DNA of 64,000 nucleotides from positions 2,556-66,555 of the forward strand of contig NZ_DAORXT010000002.1 of NCBI RefSeq assembly GCF_035371925.1, written 5' to 3'. The notes beneath the pieces were generated by a model. The model did not search any database, had not been told where the DNA came from, and saw only the letters and a program-made list of their open reading frames with translations. Source of the DNA: Acetivibrio sp. Lineage in GTDB: Bacteria; Bacillota; Clostridia; Acetivibrionales; Acetivibrionaceae. Position numbers and translations under genes: made by a program. This document shows positions 37,968-46,637 of this stretch, one piece after another (position 1 is the stretch's first letter; each line of letters opens with the position of its first letter).

Positions 37968-38609
37968 CTATTTCTTTTGCAGTAAAAACATTACATCAAT
38001 ATTATCATTATTCAGGTACTTGAACTTCTCTTCCTTTACCAATTCCAATCCCGGAAATCTGTCAAGATATAGCTTTGAAAAATTCGTTTTCCACAGAAGG
38101 TCACTATTTCCTCTATAGTTTACCTCCGTATACTCATCGGCATAATATTCAAAACCCCAGATATATTTACCGGTACAGCGGTATATCTCATCAAGCACCC
38201 GGTTTATATTGTCGGGAGCAATATGAATTAGTACCCCGCTGGTAAAAACCATGTCAAAATATCCGTCCTTAAAAGGTATGTCATCTCCGACTCCCTGGAT
38301 GATATTTATACCCTTGGTAAGACTCTTTGCCTTTTCCACGGCATATTGCTGAAGCTCTATCCCATATAAATTGTCAAATCCCATGCTTTGAAGCATTCTA
38401 AGCTGATTGCCCACATTGCATCCTACTTCCAAAATCCTCTTGTTCTTAAGCCCCAGCCCTGATAAAAACCTCTCATTCATCTCCTGCCTGCTTATGCCAT
38501 ATTCTCTTTTATACAGGTCATCAAGCTCTTCAGGAGTAAATGTGCACCTGTCGGTGTAATCCTTGCCAAATTGTCCTGACCATGTGGATTCCTGCAGATT
38601 TGTAATCAT
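37968..38609 (-). CDS. pseudaminic-acid-biosynthesis-associated methylase, paralog B
   Basis: 213 aa; ILEVGCNVGNQLRML; paralog of 29391-30035. Confidence 0.8.
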   Translation of the reverse strand: MITNLQESTWSGQFGKDYTDRCTFTPEELDDLYKREYGISRQEMNERFLSGLGLKNKRILEVGCNVGNQLRMLQSMGFDNLYGIELQQYAVEKAKSLTKGINIIQGVGDDIPFKDGYFDMVFTSGVLIHIAPDNINRVLDEIYRCTGKYIWGFEYYADEYTEVNYRGNSDLLWKTNFSKLYLDRFPGLELVKEEKFKYLNNDNIDVMFLLQKK

Positions 38610-38625
38610 ACTTTCTTCCTCCCTG

Positions 38626-40032
38626 TTATTTTGCTGCCGCTTTCAAAGCATTATGCTTATAATGTCCTGTTTTTATAAGCTTGTCTTCCTCAAGTCCAAG
38701 CTTCAATTTGTTGGATATTCTCTTTAGATTTATTTTTACTATATCTTCTATAGCTTTACGGTCCATACCAGTAAGATTAATCCTGAAATCCTGCCTGTCG
38801 CCCGAATTTAAAAGGTATTCCTCCACATCGCAGATGGCATTGGTTTCCATTGCATATTCAAATACAGGAGTACCGGGTAGCGGTATCAGATATCCTACAC
38901 TTGGGTAGATATCTGCCTCATAGCAGCAATCAAAAGTTTCTTGCAAAGTCTCCTCCGTCTCCTGCGGATACCCTACCACAAGGCTTGTCCAAACAGCAAG
39001 TCCGGCTTCTCTCAGCACTCTCGTCTGCTCAACAAATTCATCCTTCTTAAGCTTCTTATTCATAGCCCTTAAAATTTCCTGATTTGCAGATTCAAGGGAA
39101 TAACCGAGTCCGACACAGCCGGCTTCTTTTAACTTCCTGGCAACGCCAATATCTTTTTCCTTGAACAAGTTTCCTCTGCAGCATGCCTTCCAAAATATTC
39201 CAAGGTCATACTCCATAAGAGTATCCACAAATTCTTCACACTGCTTTATTGAGTAAAATGTGAGTTCGTCAAATAGATTTACATAATTTATATTATACTT
39301 TTCTTTAAGAAGTTTCATTTCGTCACATACGGATTTGGGTGAACGCACTCTGTACTTATCCTGCTTAAAAACATGATAGCAAAATGTACAGCTAAACGCA
39401 CAGCCTCTGGCGGTATTTACGGGCAGTGACCGAAGCTCTTCATACGGAACCGGATAAGGCTCGTTCATATATATCCTGCTTTTTTCAATATATAAATCTA
39501 CATCAAACAAATCCCAGTTTATAAACGGAATACTGTCGATGTCCTTTATGGCCTCTCTTTTAGGGGTGCTAATAATTTTACCGTCTTTTTTATAATATAT
39601 TCCTTTTACTTTTGAAAGATCCTCTTTATTTTCCAAAGCTTTCAAAACTTCGATATCCGTTATGTCTCCCTCGCCTATAACTGCAATATCTGCTTCAGTC
39701 TTTTCAAGCAGGAGCTCAGGTACGGATGATGCCACAGAATTTCCTACAATTATGGGCACATTTTTGTACTTTTTAATCAAACTGCACAGTTTCTTTACTT
39801 GTTTATATCCCGTTACGATACAGCCCATTGCTGCCACATCATAATCTTTTTCCCTTATCATGCTTTCAACTTCATCGTCGCTGTAGCGATAAGCATCAAT
39901 ATCAAGTATCTCCAGTTCATATCCGGCATTTTGGATTGCCGTTGCTATATAAGCCAGTCCTAAAGGCGGCAAAAGTGTTGGGGATTCCGGTCTTAACGAA
40001 ATATTTATCAGTAGTATCTTCAATTTTATCAT
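38626..40032 (-). CDS. B12-binding-domain radical SAM enzyme
   Basis: 468 aa; N-terminal cobalamin-binding-type Rossmann region, radical SAM cluster motif ARGCAFSCTFCY. Confidence 0.88.
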   Translation of the reverse strand: MIKLKILLINISLRPESPTLLPPLGLAYIATAIQNAGYELEILDIDAYRYSDDEVESMIREKDYDVAAMGCIVTGYKQVKKLCSLIKKYKNVPIIVGNSVASSVPELLLEKTEADIAVIGEGDITDIEVLKALENKEDLSKVKGIYYKKDGKIISTPKREAIKDIDSIPFINWDLFDVDLYIEKSRIYMNEPYPVPYEELRSLPVNTARGCAFSCTFCYHVFKQDKYRVRSPKSVCDEMKLLKEKYNINYVNLFDELTFYSIKQCEEFVDTLMEYDLGIFWKACCRGNLFKEKDIGVARKLKEAGCVGLGYSLESANQEILRAMNKKLKKDEFVEQTRVLREAGLAVWTSLVVGYPQETEETLQETFDCCYEADIYPSVGYLIPLPGTPVFEYAMETNAICDVEEYLLNSGDRQDFRINLTGMDRKAIEDIVKINLKRISNKLKLGLEEDKLIKTGHYKHNALKAAAK

Positions 40033-40059
40033 CCTTTGTAATTGTTTATTATAAAGCAG

Positions 40060-41058
40060 CTAAATCAATTTTTCCCTCACAAGCAGCTCTTTTACTTGCG
40101 ATTTAGTCAGAGCCTTTTCGTTTTGAGAGCTATAATTGCTTATAACCGCCTTTCTGGCATCATTACTGTAATTCTCATCAAAAGGAGGCTTTATCACATA
40201 CATATCATCCAGTTCAATAGCTTTTGTCGATTCATCCTCCGACATAAGTTCCTCATACATCTTTTCGCCGGGTCTTAACCCAATTTTCTTAATCTCTATC
40301 TTTTTAGGGTCAATATTATTCTTTTTACATACATCCTCAATAATCACTTCTGCCAAATCTTTCAAGCGAATTACAGGCATTTTCAGTACGAAAACCTCTC
40401 CCCCTTTTGCAATGCTGCATGCCTTTATGGTAAGCTCCACTGCCTGCGAAAGGGACATCATGAATCTTGTCATCTCCGGCTCGGTTACCGTAATGTATCT
40501 CTTTTCTAAAACCTGCTGCTTAAAAAGAGGAATTACAGAGCCTCTCGAGCCCATTACATTTCCGAATCTGACAGAAGCAAACACAGTATCTGTGTTTCCC
40601 CTTGCATAGTTGAAGGAGGACATAAGCCTTTCTGCCAAAAGCTTTGTCGCACCCATGGTATTGGTGGGGGAAACAGCCTTGTCGCTGCTGGTATAAATTA
40701 CTCTTTTTACTTTGTTTGCCAAAGCACAGGTTATTACATTCTGACTTCCGATAACATTTGTCTTAACAGCCTCAAAGGGATTATACTCGCATACGGGTAC
40801 ATGCTTTAGAGCAGCAAGATTAAACACAATGTCAATGCCGTTCATTGCCCTGTCCAATCTATCCTCTTCTCTTACATCACCGATAAGATACCTGATATTG
40901 GTGTTTTCCCTGAACTTTTCTCCAAGCAAAAACTGCTTGTACTCATCTCTACTGTAAACTCTGATTACAGCCGGCTTTTCAGTTAAAATACGTTCAATCA
41001 GAGCTTGTCCAATAGATCCCGTTCCTCCAATAACCAATATCTTTTTGTCCTTAAACAT
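40060..41058 (-). CDS. pseB: UDP-GlcNAc 4,6-dehydratase, PseB/CapD family (MxxxK variant)
   Basis: 332 aa; ILVIGGTGSIG, RFGNVMGSRGSVIPLF, MTRFMMSL as in PseB/FlaA1, but the active-site motif reads TMGATK (Met in place of Tyr). Confidence 0.7.
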   Translation of the reverse strand: MFKDKKILVIGGTGSIGQALIERILTEKPAVIRVYSRDEYKQFLLGEKFRENTNIRYLIGDVREEDRLDRAMNGIDIVFNLAALKHVPVCEYNPFEAVKTNVIGSQNVITCALANKVKRVIYTSSDKAVSPTNTMGATKLLAERLMSSFNYARGNTDTVFASVRFGNVMGSRGSVIPLFKQQVLEKRYITVTEPEMTRFMMSLSQAVELTIKACSIAKGGEVFVLKMPVIRLKDLAEVIIEDVCKKNNIDPKKIEIKKIGLRPGEKMYEELMSEDESTKAIELDDMYVIKPPFDENYSNDARKAVISNYSSQNEKALTKSQVKELLVREKLI

Positions 41059-42457
41059 GCTGAACCCCGCTCTCTTTTAGTATAGATTCAATTTTATCTT
41101 TAAAATCGAAACGTTCTTTAAGATAATCGGAAATTACATCTCTTAACTTGATATGTTTCATTCCTTCGATATAAGCTCCACCCTCGGTAGCATTTAGAAA
41201 TACTCTTTGCTCATTTTCTATCCTGTTTTCAATCCAGTATTTATAACTCAAATATCCAAGGGATGTATATAGAATTTCCCCATTTTGCCCTTTTACTCTT
41301 CTCATGTTTTTTAATTTTGGGGAGTAAATACTGTTATGGCTGCCATATTCGGCGTGATTTTTTCCATCCACATATGCCAAATCCTGCCCCACTAATATAA
41401 TGGGATTTCCCCCCATTTTAATGGCTACATCCAGTATGGTGGTCGCAACCGATCCTCCCGAATCCACCACATATTCCGAACCGTTATTAAACTTTCCGTA
41501 ATAGGCGATAAATTTCGGACCTAAGTAGCGTGAAATGGTATATGAGGCAGCCGTTGCCAGGTAAATAAGGGGAATGCCAATATTTTCATACCCATTTATC
41601 TGGTTGTAAGTTTCCTTCTGCGGGTCAATAATGGCAAAAAAATCCGGCTCTATGTTTCTTATAAGCAGGGGTCTTAGGGCGGAGCCCGCTGCAATAATCA
41701 GCGCTCTTCCCTTTGCTTCTTTCAGCAAATCTATATTCTTATCAAGGGAAGGTCCGGTGGATACAACGATTATCGGTACATTCTTAAACTTGTCAAAAAA
41801 TATCCCAACATTGGGACTGTTTAGCTTTAAGTTTTCGCTTGCATTATTACGCAGGCTATTATCGTAATCATCGGTAATACTCTTCTTAAGATTCCAGTTT
41901 TCCATTACAAATTTAAAATATTCATTTTCTGCAGGAATTGCTTTTAATGAGGCGGGATGCGTAATAAAATTAACTTTGTCAAAGTTATCGTCAATTAACT
42001 TCTTAACCGTTCTTGATATATAAGCAACATCCCTTGAGATAATCAGAAAAATGCGCGGATCTTCTAAAATAGAAGCAAGATCCACATTCTCCAATGCCAG
42101 CCTAAAGACCGTCAAATTATTTTCTATTACATACAGACTGCTGCCCGGCTCCAAAAAACCGGCAATTTTCCCGACATGATAACCAAATCCAAACCCGTAC
42201 AGGATATGGATGGGAAACTCCGGTTTGTATTGTTCCCGGGCAAACCTTTCTGCTTCAACATCCGGATGGTATTTGCTGTGTAAAAAGTGGCTTTTATTCT
42301 CGCCATACAGGCTTTGAGTCATCTTCAGAGTCTTTTGGCCTTCGTTGTTTTCTATAATTTGGTACATATTTGAATCAACATGAATGTCCTTTATTTCATC
42401 ATATATATCCGGATATCTTTTTTTCAGCAATTCCAGATTATTCTGCAGCATTGTCAT
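41051..42457 (-). CDS. motility accessory factor (Maf, DUF115/MptE-like) putative flagellin nonulosonate transferase
   Basis: 468 aa; N-terminal LLKKRYPDIYDEI, central VVSTGPSLDKNIDLLKE...IIAAGSAL Maf core. Confidence 0.8.
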   Translation of the reverse strand: MTMLQNNLELLKKRYPDIYDEIKDIHVDSNMYQIIENNEGQKTLKMTQSLYGENKSHFLHSKYHPDVEAERFAREQYKPEFPIHILYGFGFGYHVGKIAGFLEPGSSLYVIENNLTVFRLALENVDLASILEDPRIFLIISRDVAYISRTVKKLIDDNFDKVNFITHPASLKAIPAENEYFKFVMENWNLKKSITDDYDNSLRNNASENLKLNSPNVGIFFDKFKNVPIIVVSTGPSLDKNIDLLKEAKGRALIIAAGSALRPLLIRNIEPDFFAIIDPQKETYNQINGYENIGIPLIYLATAASYTISRYLGPKFIAYYGKFNNGSEYVVDSGGSVATTILDVAIKMGGNPIILVGQDLAYVDGKNHAEYGSHNSIYSPKLKNMRRVKGQNGEILYTSLGYLSYKYWIENRIENEQRVFLNATEGGAYIEGMKHIKLRDVISDYLKERFDFKDKIESILKESGVQHV

Positions 42458-42821
42458 TATCCAATACTCCCTTTATGTTCGCAAGTTGTTCCTGCCACAA
42501 GTTCACTATGGGTAACAGCTCATATTCCAATAAATCGCTAAGTAAAACATAATCCATATTTTCGTAGGCCTCTGTTATTTCCGTCAACACGGAATTTGCC
42601 TGAGAGATATCCGGTGAATACTTTCCGTGTATATCCCTTGTGCCCTCTATAGCTTGTACAAGCCATTCAATCCCTTCTATCAAATCGACCATCATTCTTG
42701 TTGCTATGTCTTCCCCACCGCTTTGGAAAAAATCTATTATCTGCTCTATTCCTTCGGAAGCTTTTACGATATATTCAGCTGCCGTACCTATAATTTCCTT
42801 TTTTAAAGCATACTGAGACAT
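42438..42821 (-). CDS. hypothetical helical protein wedged between the two maf genes
   Basis: 127 aa; overlaps both neighbours (19-20 nt each); acidic, predicted all-helical; no family recognised. Confidence 0.5.
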   Translation of the reverse strand: MSQYALKKEIIGTAAEYIVKASEGIEQIIDFFQSGGEDIATRMMVDLIEGIEWLVQAIEGTRDIHGKYSPDISQANSVLTEITEAYENMDYVLLSDLLEYELLPIVNLWQEQLANIKGVLDNDNAAE

Positions 42822-44704
42822 TCTGACTCCTCCTTTTTATCAATGTCTTTTATTATTTTGTTTGACAAATTATCTATCAAGGAAATTTTGTCTTTCACTT
42901 CAGCATACTGCATAAGCAATCCCTCATACAGATATTTCAACTTCTCTTGCATGTCGGACATGCTTTCAATTTTTCTTTCTCTTTCGTTCTTGATAGCCCG
43001 AATAAAGTATTTGCTTAAAGGTTCAATAAAATATTTATACAAGTCACTGCCCTCTATTTCATCTGTTAATTTGTCAATTTCTTTCCACTTGTCATCGTGG
43101 ACACCTCTGATATTACTTAATATATCGAGAATTAAATCTAATCTCTTTATAGCTTTTTCTTTCATTTCACTACTTTCATTGCGAATATCTTCCAAAATTG
43201 TTCTGATTTTAGCCTTCTTGTCTTCTATATTTTCTGCCTCAAATTCCTCTTTAAATTTACTGTCCAAGGTTCCCTTAATGTCATATTCCTCTATGCAGTA
43301 TGTGTCTATAATTTCTTTAAGAGGCATATTCTTCATTCCCTTTATGGGCAATCCGTCCTCAGAACCGTTCAAATATAACCTGTCGGAGTAAATTCTGACA
43401 TATTCCTCAAAATAATACCTGATGGAAAGCATGCTTTGAGTTGTATACACATCATTACCGTGAATATCTTTCTCTTGGATATAGTATCTCGTCTTTTTCT
43501 CTATTTGATCACGGATAATATCGTCCTGTTCCTGCTTTAATACTGCACCCTCGGCATAACACTCCATATTTGGAAAGGACAAATTCTGACCTATAAGAAT
43601 TATCGGATTGCATCCCATATATCTTGCAATATCCAAGGATATATTTGACACAGAAGAGCCGGAACACATGCATTCTGCTCCCTCTACGCCCATCTTATTG
43701 TCAACCCAGTTTTCATATCCCAATGCATTGGTCTTAAAATATATTTTCGGACCTTTATAATTCTTTAATCCGTCATAATGAACCGAAAGAGTATAAGCAA
43801 AATATATCTCATCGGATTTTACGTTATTAAATATACGGCTTTCAGGCTCACCGCCATCCACCCCAACCATAATATGGGGTGTAATCCCCCGGCTTTCCAA
43901 AATGTTAATCGAAGAACCGGCAGAAATGATAACTGCTTTGTTGTACAGCTCTTTTAAAAGATGTATATTTTTATTCAATGCCGGACCTGCAGAAACAACA
44001 ATTGCGGGAACATTGGTAAAAGCAGATTTGTATCCCTTGATATGTGTGCTTTTTGTCAGCTGCCACATTCCCTCAAACAAATTGGTTAACCATGTTTCCG
44101 CAAAAAATACACTTGTATTGCCATTTATTTGATATAATCTGGAGAATTTTATATAGTCTTTTTTTAAATTCAACCACCACTCCTCATAAACTTTCCTATA
44201 ACTTAATAATTCGTTAAACTCTACATTGTCTATCTGTCCCTCTTCCCTTAAGGATAAAAATACCCTTCCAATCTCTTCGGTGTTGTCGCTTATTATAAAC
44301 AGTATGTTTTCATTCAATATCAAAGATGTGATATCCCTTGTATTAAGAAGCTTCAGGAACACATTTTTGTCCGGTTCAATCACAATTTTGTTTTTGTCGG
44401 GATATTTTTTTTCAAGTTCCTCCAGATGATACCCGCATCCGACACCTAAAATTGCAATTGTATCAAAACCCTTTAGATTAATTCTTTCTGCCCATCTAAC
44501 CGCTTCTGTTTGGGGATCATATGCACTGTGAATGAAAAATGTGTGTTCCCCTTTTTTTACTTTAAAATTTGGCATTCCGTTTTTTGAATTTTCAAGAATA
44601 ACACTGCTTTCAGACTCTTCAGTATTCAAATATTCAAAAACTTCTGCCAGACGCGGATATTTTTCTCTTAAAGCATCAATATTAAGCTTGAATATGTCGC
44701 CCAT
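42803..44704 (-). CDS. motility accessory factor (Maf, DUF115/MptE-like), long form
   Basis: 633 aa; ALREKYPRLAEVF, VVSAGPALNKNIHLLKE...IISAGSSI core plus a helical C-terminal extension of roughly 150 aa. Confidence 0.8.
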   Translation of the reverse strand: MGDIFKLNIDALREKYPRLAEVFEYLNTEESESSVILENSKNGMPNFKVKKGEHTFFIHSAYDPQTEAVRWAERINLKGFDTIAILGVGCGYHLEELEKKYPDKNKIVIEPDKNVFLKLLNTRDITSLILNENILFIISDNTEEIGRVFLSLREEGQIDNVEFNELLSYRKVYEEWWLNLKKDYIKFSRLYQINGNTSVFFAETWLTNLFEGMWQLTKSTHIKGYKSAFTNVPAIVVSAGPALNKNIHLLKELYNKAVIISAGSSINILESRGITPHIMVGVDGGEPESRIFNNVKSDEIYFAYTLSVHYDGLKNYKGPKIYFKTNALGYENWVDNKMGVEGAECMCSGSSVSNISLDIARYMGCNPIILIGQNLSFPNMECYAEGAVLKQEQDDIIRDQIEKKTRYYIQEKDIHGNDVYTTQSMLSIRYYFEEYVRIYSDRLYLNGSEDGLPIKGMKNMPLKEIIDTYCIEEYDIKGTLDSKFKEEFEAENIEDKKAKIRTILEDIRNESSEMKEKAIKRLDLILDILSNIRGVHDDKWKEIDKLTDEIEGSDLYKYFIEPLSKYFIRAIKNERERKIESMSDMQEKLKYLYEGLLMQYAEVKDKISLIDNLSNKIIKDIDKKEESECLSML

Positions 44705-44739
44705 AAAGCTCCTCCTGCCTGTTAAATATTCTAAATTCT

Positions 44740-44775
44740 AAAAAAGACCGGCAAGAATCCCTGCCGGCCTTTTTG
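44740..44775 (-). terminator. rho-independent terminator after flagellin copy 1
   Basis: CCGGCA/TGCCGG stem flanked by an A-run and a T-run (bidirectional form), about 40 nt after the stop at 44816. Confidence 0.7.
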
Positions 44776-44815
44776 TTCAGCTATATCATGCCAGATTATA
44801 ATTTGGCATTATAAT

Positions 44816-45634
44816 TTAGCCCAATAACTGAAGAACTCCCTGCGGAACCTGGTTGGCTTGAGCCAACATTGCCGTAGCAGCCTGATTGAGGATATTATTC
44901 TTTGTAAAGTTCATCATTTCCTGAGCCATGTCTACGTCTCTGATTCTTGATTCAGATGCCTGCAGGTTCTCTGCTGCTGTATCGAGGTTCTTTATTGTAT
45001 GCTCCAGCCTGTTCTGCTTAGCTCCGAGTTTTGCTCTTTCTTCGGATACTTTGTTAATTGCTGAATTGATTATATCAATAGTATTTTGAGCGTTACTGGA
45101 TGAATCTACAGTTAAAGAAGATGCTTTTACTCCTAAGGCAGTAGCTCTCATATCTCCTATTGTGATTGAGAGAGTCTCTTCTTTGTTGGCACCAATCTGC
45201 AGTAACTTTCCGCTAAAGCTTCCAGTCAACAGATTTTGAGTGTTGAACTGCGTCTTATCACCTATTCTTGTGATTTCAGCAGCCAATTCATCAAGCTCAA
45301 GTTTGATAGCACTTCTATCCTTTGATACGTTTGTATCGTTTGCAGCCTGTACTGCAAGCTCTCTCATTCTTTGAAGTATTGCATGAGTTTCAGTCAATGC
45401 TCCTTCAGCAGTCTGTATCAACGAAATACCGTCCTGGGCATTTTTCGATGCCATCTGCAGACCTCTGATCTGCGCTCTCATCTTTTCGGAGATGGACAGA
45501 CCTGCTGCATCGTCTCCGGCTCTGTTGATTCTGTATCCTGATGACAATTTCTCCAATGATTTTTCCTGGGCTGACGCATTAACTTTCAACTGTCTGTGAG
45601 CGTTATACGCCATAATGTTGTTATTGATTCTCAT
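44816..45634 (-). CDS. flagellin, copy 1 (short, about 29 kDa)
   Basis: 272 aa; MRINNNIMAYNAHRQL N-terminus, LSSGYRINRAGDDAAGLSISEKMR, C-terminal [12 protein letters not shown]. Confidence 0.95.
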   Translation of the reverse strand: MRINNNIMAYNAHRQLKVNASAQEKSLEKLSSGYRINRAGDDAAGLSISEKMRAQIRGLQMASKNAQDGISLIQTAEGALTETHAILQRMRELAVQAANDTNVSKDRSAIKLELDELAAEITRIGDKTQFNTQNLLTGSFSGKLLQIGANKEETLSITIGDMRATALGVKASSLTVDSSSNAQNTIDIINSAINKVSEERAKLGAKQNRLEHTIKNLDTAAENLQASESRIRDVDMAQEMMNFTKNNILNQAATAMLAQANQVPQGVLQLLG

Positions 45635-45640
45635 AATTCA

Positions 45641-45669
45641 TTCCTCCTTGATTTTCACGGCATCCTTGC
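45641..45669 (-). promoter_or_regulatory. putative CsrA-binding sites in flagellin-1 leader
   Basis: Minus strand AUGCAAGGAUGC hairpin with GGA in the loop, plus a second GGA in the SD (UCAAGGAGGAA). Confidence 0.5.
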
Positions 45670-45717
45670 ATAACCACTTTTTAATTTAACGGTAAACTGC
45701 ACTAGTCGAAATGCTAA

Positions 45718-45725
45718 ATATCGGA
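45718..45725 (-). promoter_or_regulatory. sigma-D-type -10 element (TCCGATAT) upstream of flagellin copy 1
   Basis: TCCGATAT immediately after the stop of copy 2; no TAAA at -35 (that position is coding sequence). Confidence 0.3.
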
Positions 45726-46547
45726 TTAGCCCAATAACTGAAGAACTCCCTGAGGAACCTGGTTGGCTTGAGCCAACATTGCCGTAGCAGCCTGATTGAG
45801 AATATTGTTCTTTGTAAAGTTCATCATTTCTTGAGCCATGTCTACGTCTCTGATTCTTGATTCAGATGCCTGCAGGTTCTCTGCTGCTGTATCGAGGTTC
45901 TTTATTGTATGCTCAAGCCTGTTCTGCTTAGCTCCAAGTTTTGCTCTTTCTGTTGATACTGTGTTAATTGCGTCATTAATCTTCGTAATGGCCGATTGAG
46001 CATTTTTAGAATCGGTAACCTTCAAGCTTGCTATATCCAATTTTTTAGCTGTCATTGTTCCTATTGATATGGACAAGGTTTCTCCGCTATTAGCACCAAT
46101 TTGAATTGTAATTGCATTACTGCTTGCCATTCCGCCGGCCAACAGTGTTCTGGTGTTGAACTGGGTTTTTTCAGCTATTCTGGTTACTTCTTCTGCCAAC
46201 TGTTCTATTTCGAGAGCTATGGCACTTCTGTCTTTTGACACGTTTGTATCGTTTGCAGCCTGTACTGCAAGCTCTCTCATTCTTTGGAGTATAGCGTGAG
46301 TTTCCTGCAATGCTCCTTCAGCAGTCTGTATCAACGAAATACCGTCCTGGGCATTTTTCGATGCCATCTGCAGACCTCTGATCTGCGCTCTCATCTTTTC
46401 GGAGATGGACAGACCTGCTGCATCGTCTCCGGCTCTGTTGATTCTGTATCCTGACGACAATTTCTCCAGTGATTTTTCCTGAGCTGATGCGTTCACCTTT
46501 AACTGCCTGTGAGCGTTGTACGCCATAATGTTGTTATTGATTCTCAT
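45726..46547 (-). CDS. flagellin, copy 2
   Basis: 273 aa; termini essentially identical to copy 1, central about 90 aa divergent. Confidence 0.95.
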   Translation of the reverse strand: MRINNNIMAYNAHRQLKVNASAQEKSLEKLSSGYRINRAGDDAAGLSISEKMRAQIRGLQMASKNAQDGISLIQTAEGALQETHAILQRMRELAVQAANDTNVSKDRSAIALEIEQLAEEVTRIAEKTQFNTRTLLAGGMASSNAITIQIGANSGETLSISIGTMTAKKLDIASLKVTDSKNAQSAITKINDAINTVSTERAKLGAKQNRLEHTIKNLDTAAENLQASESRIRDVDMAQEMMNFTKNNILNQAATAMLAQANQVPQGVLQLLG

Positions 46548-46553
46548 AATTCA

Positions 46554-46582
46554 TTCCTCCTTGACTTTTATAGCATCCATGC
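46554..46582 (-). promoter_or_regulatory. putative CsrA-binding sites in flagellin-2 leader
   Basis: Minus strand GCAUGGAUGC hairpin plus SD-overlapping GGA. Confidence 0.5.
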
Positions 46583-46629
46583 AATGAGCATCTTTTTATT
46601 ATAATAAACTAAACTAATTAAAATGCTAA

Positions 46630-46637
46630 ATATCGGA
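46630..46637 (-). promoter_or_regulatory. sigma-D-type -10 element (TCCGATAT) upstream of flagellin copy 2
   Basis: Same AAATGCTAAATATCGGA block as at 45709-45725, directly after the natural stop of copy 3. Confidence 0.3.

Noticed and set aside
44405-44412. A8/T8 homopolymers in maf (44405-44412), in the pseG-like gene (31148-31155) and in intergenic DNA (47635-47643), considered as phase-variation tracts
   Set aside because: A/T runs of this length are common in a low-GC genome and are much less slippage-prone than the G8 tract. Only the G8 tract is reported as a finding.
44705-44745. Possible sigma-A promoter for the maf operon (TAGAAT repeats after the flagellin terminator)
   Set aside because: The best -35 candidate (TTGCCG) is part of the terminator stem and the spacing is 15 nt, which is not convincing. 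The maf operon may rely on terminator read-through or on a promoter I cannot recognise.
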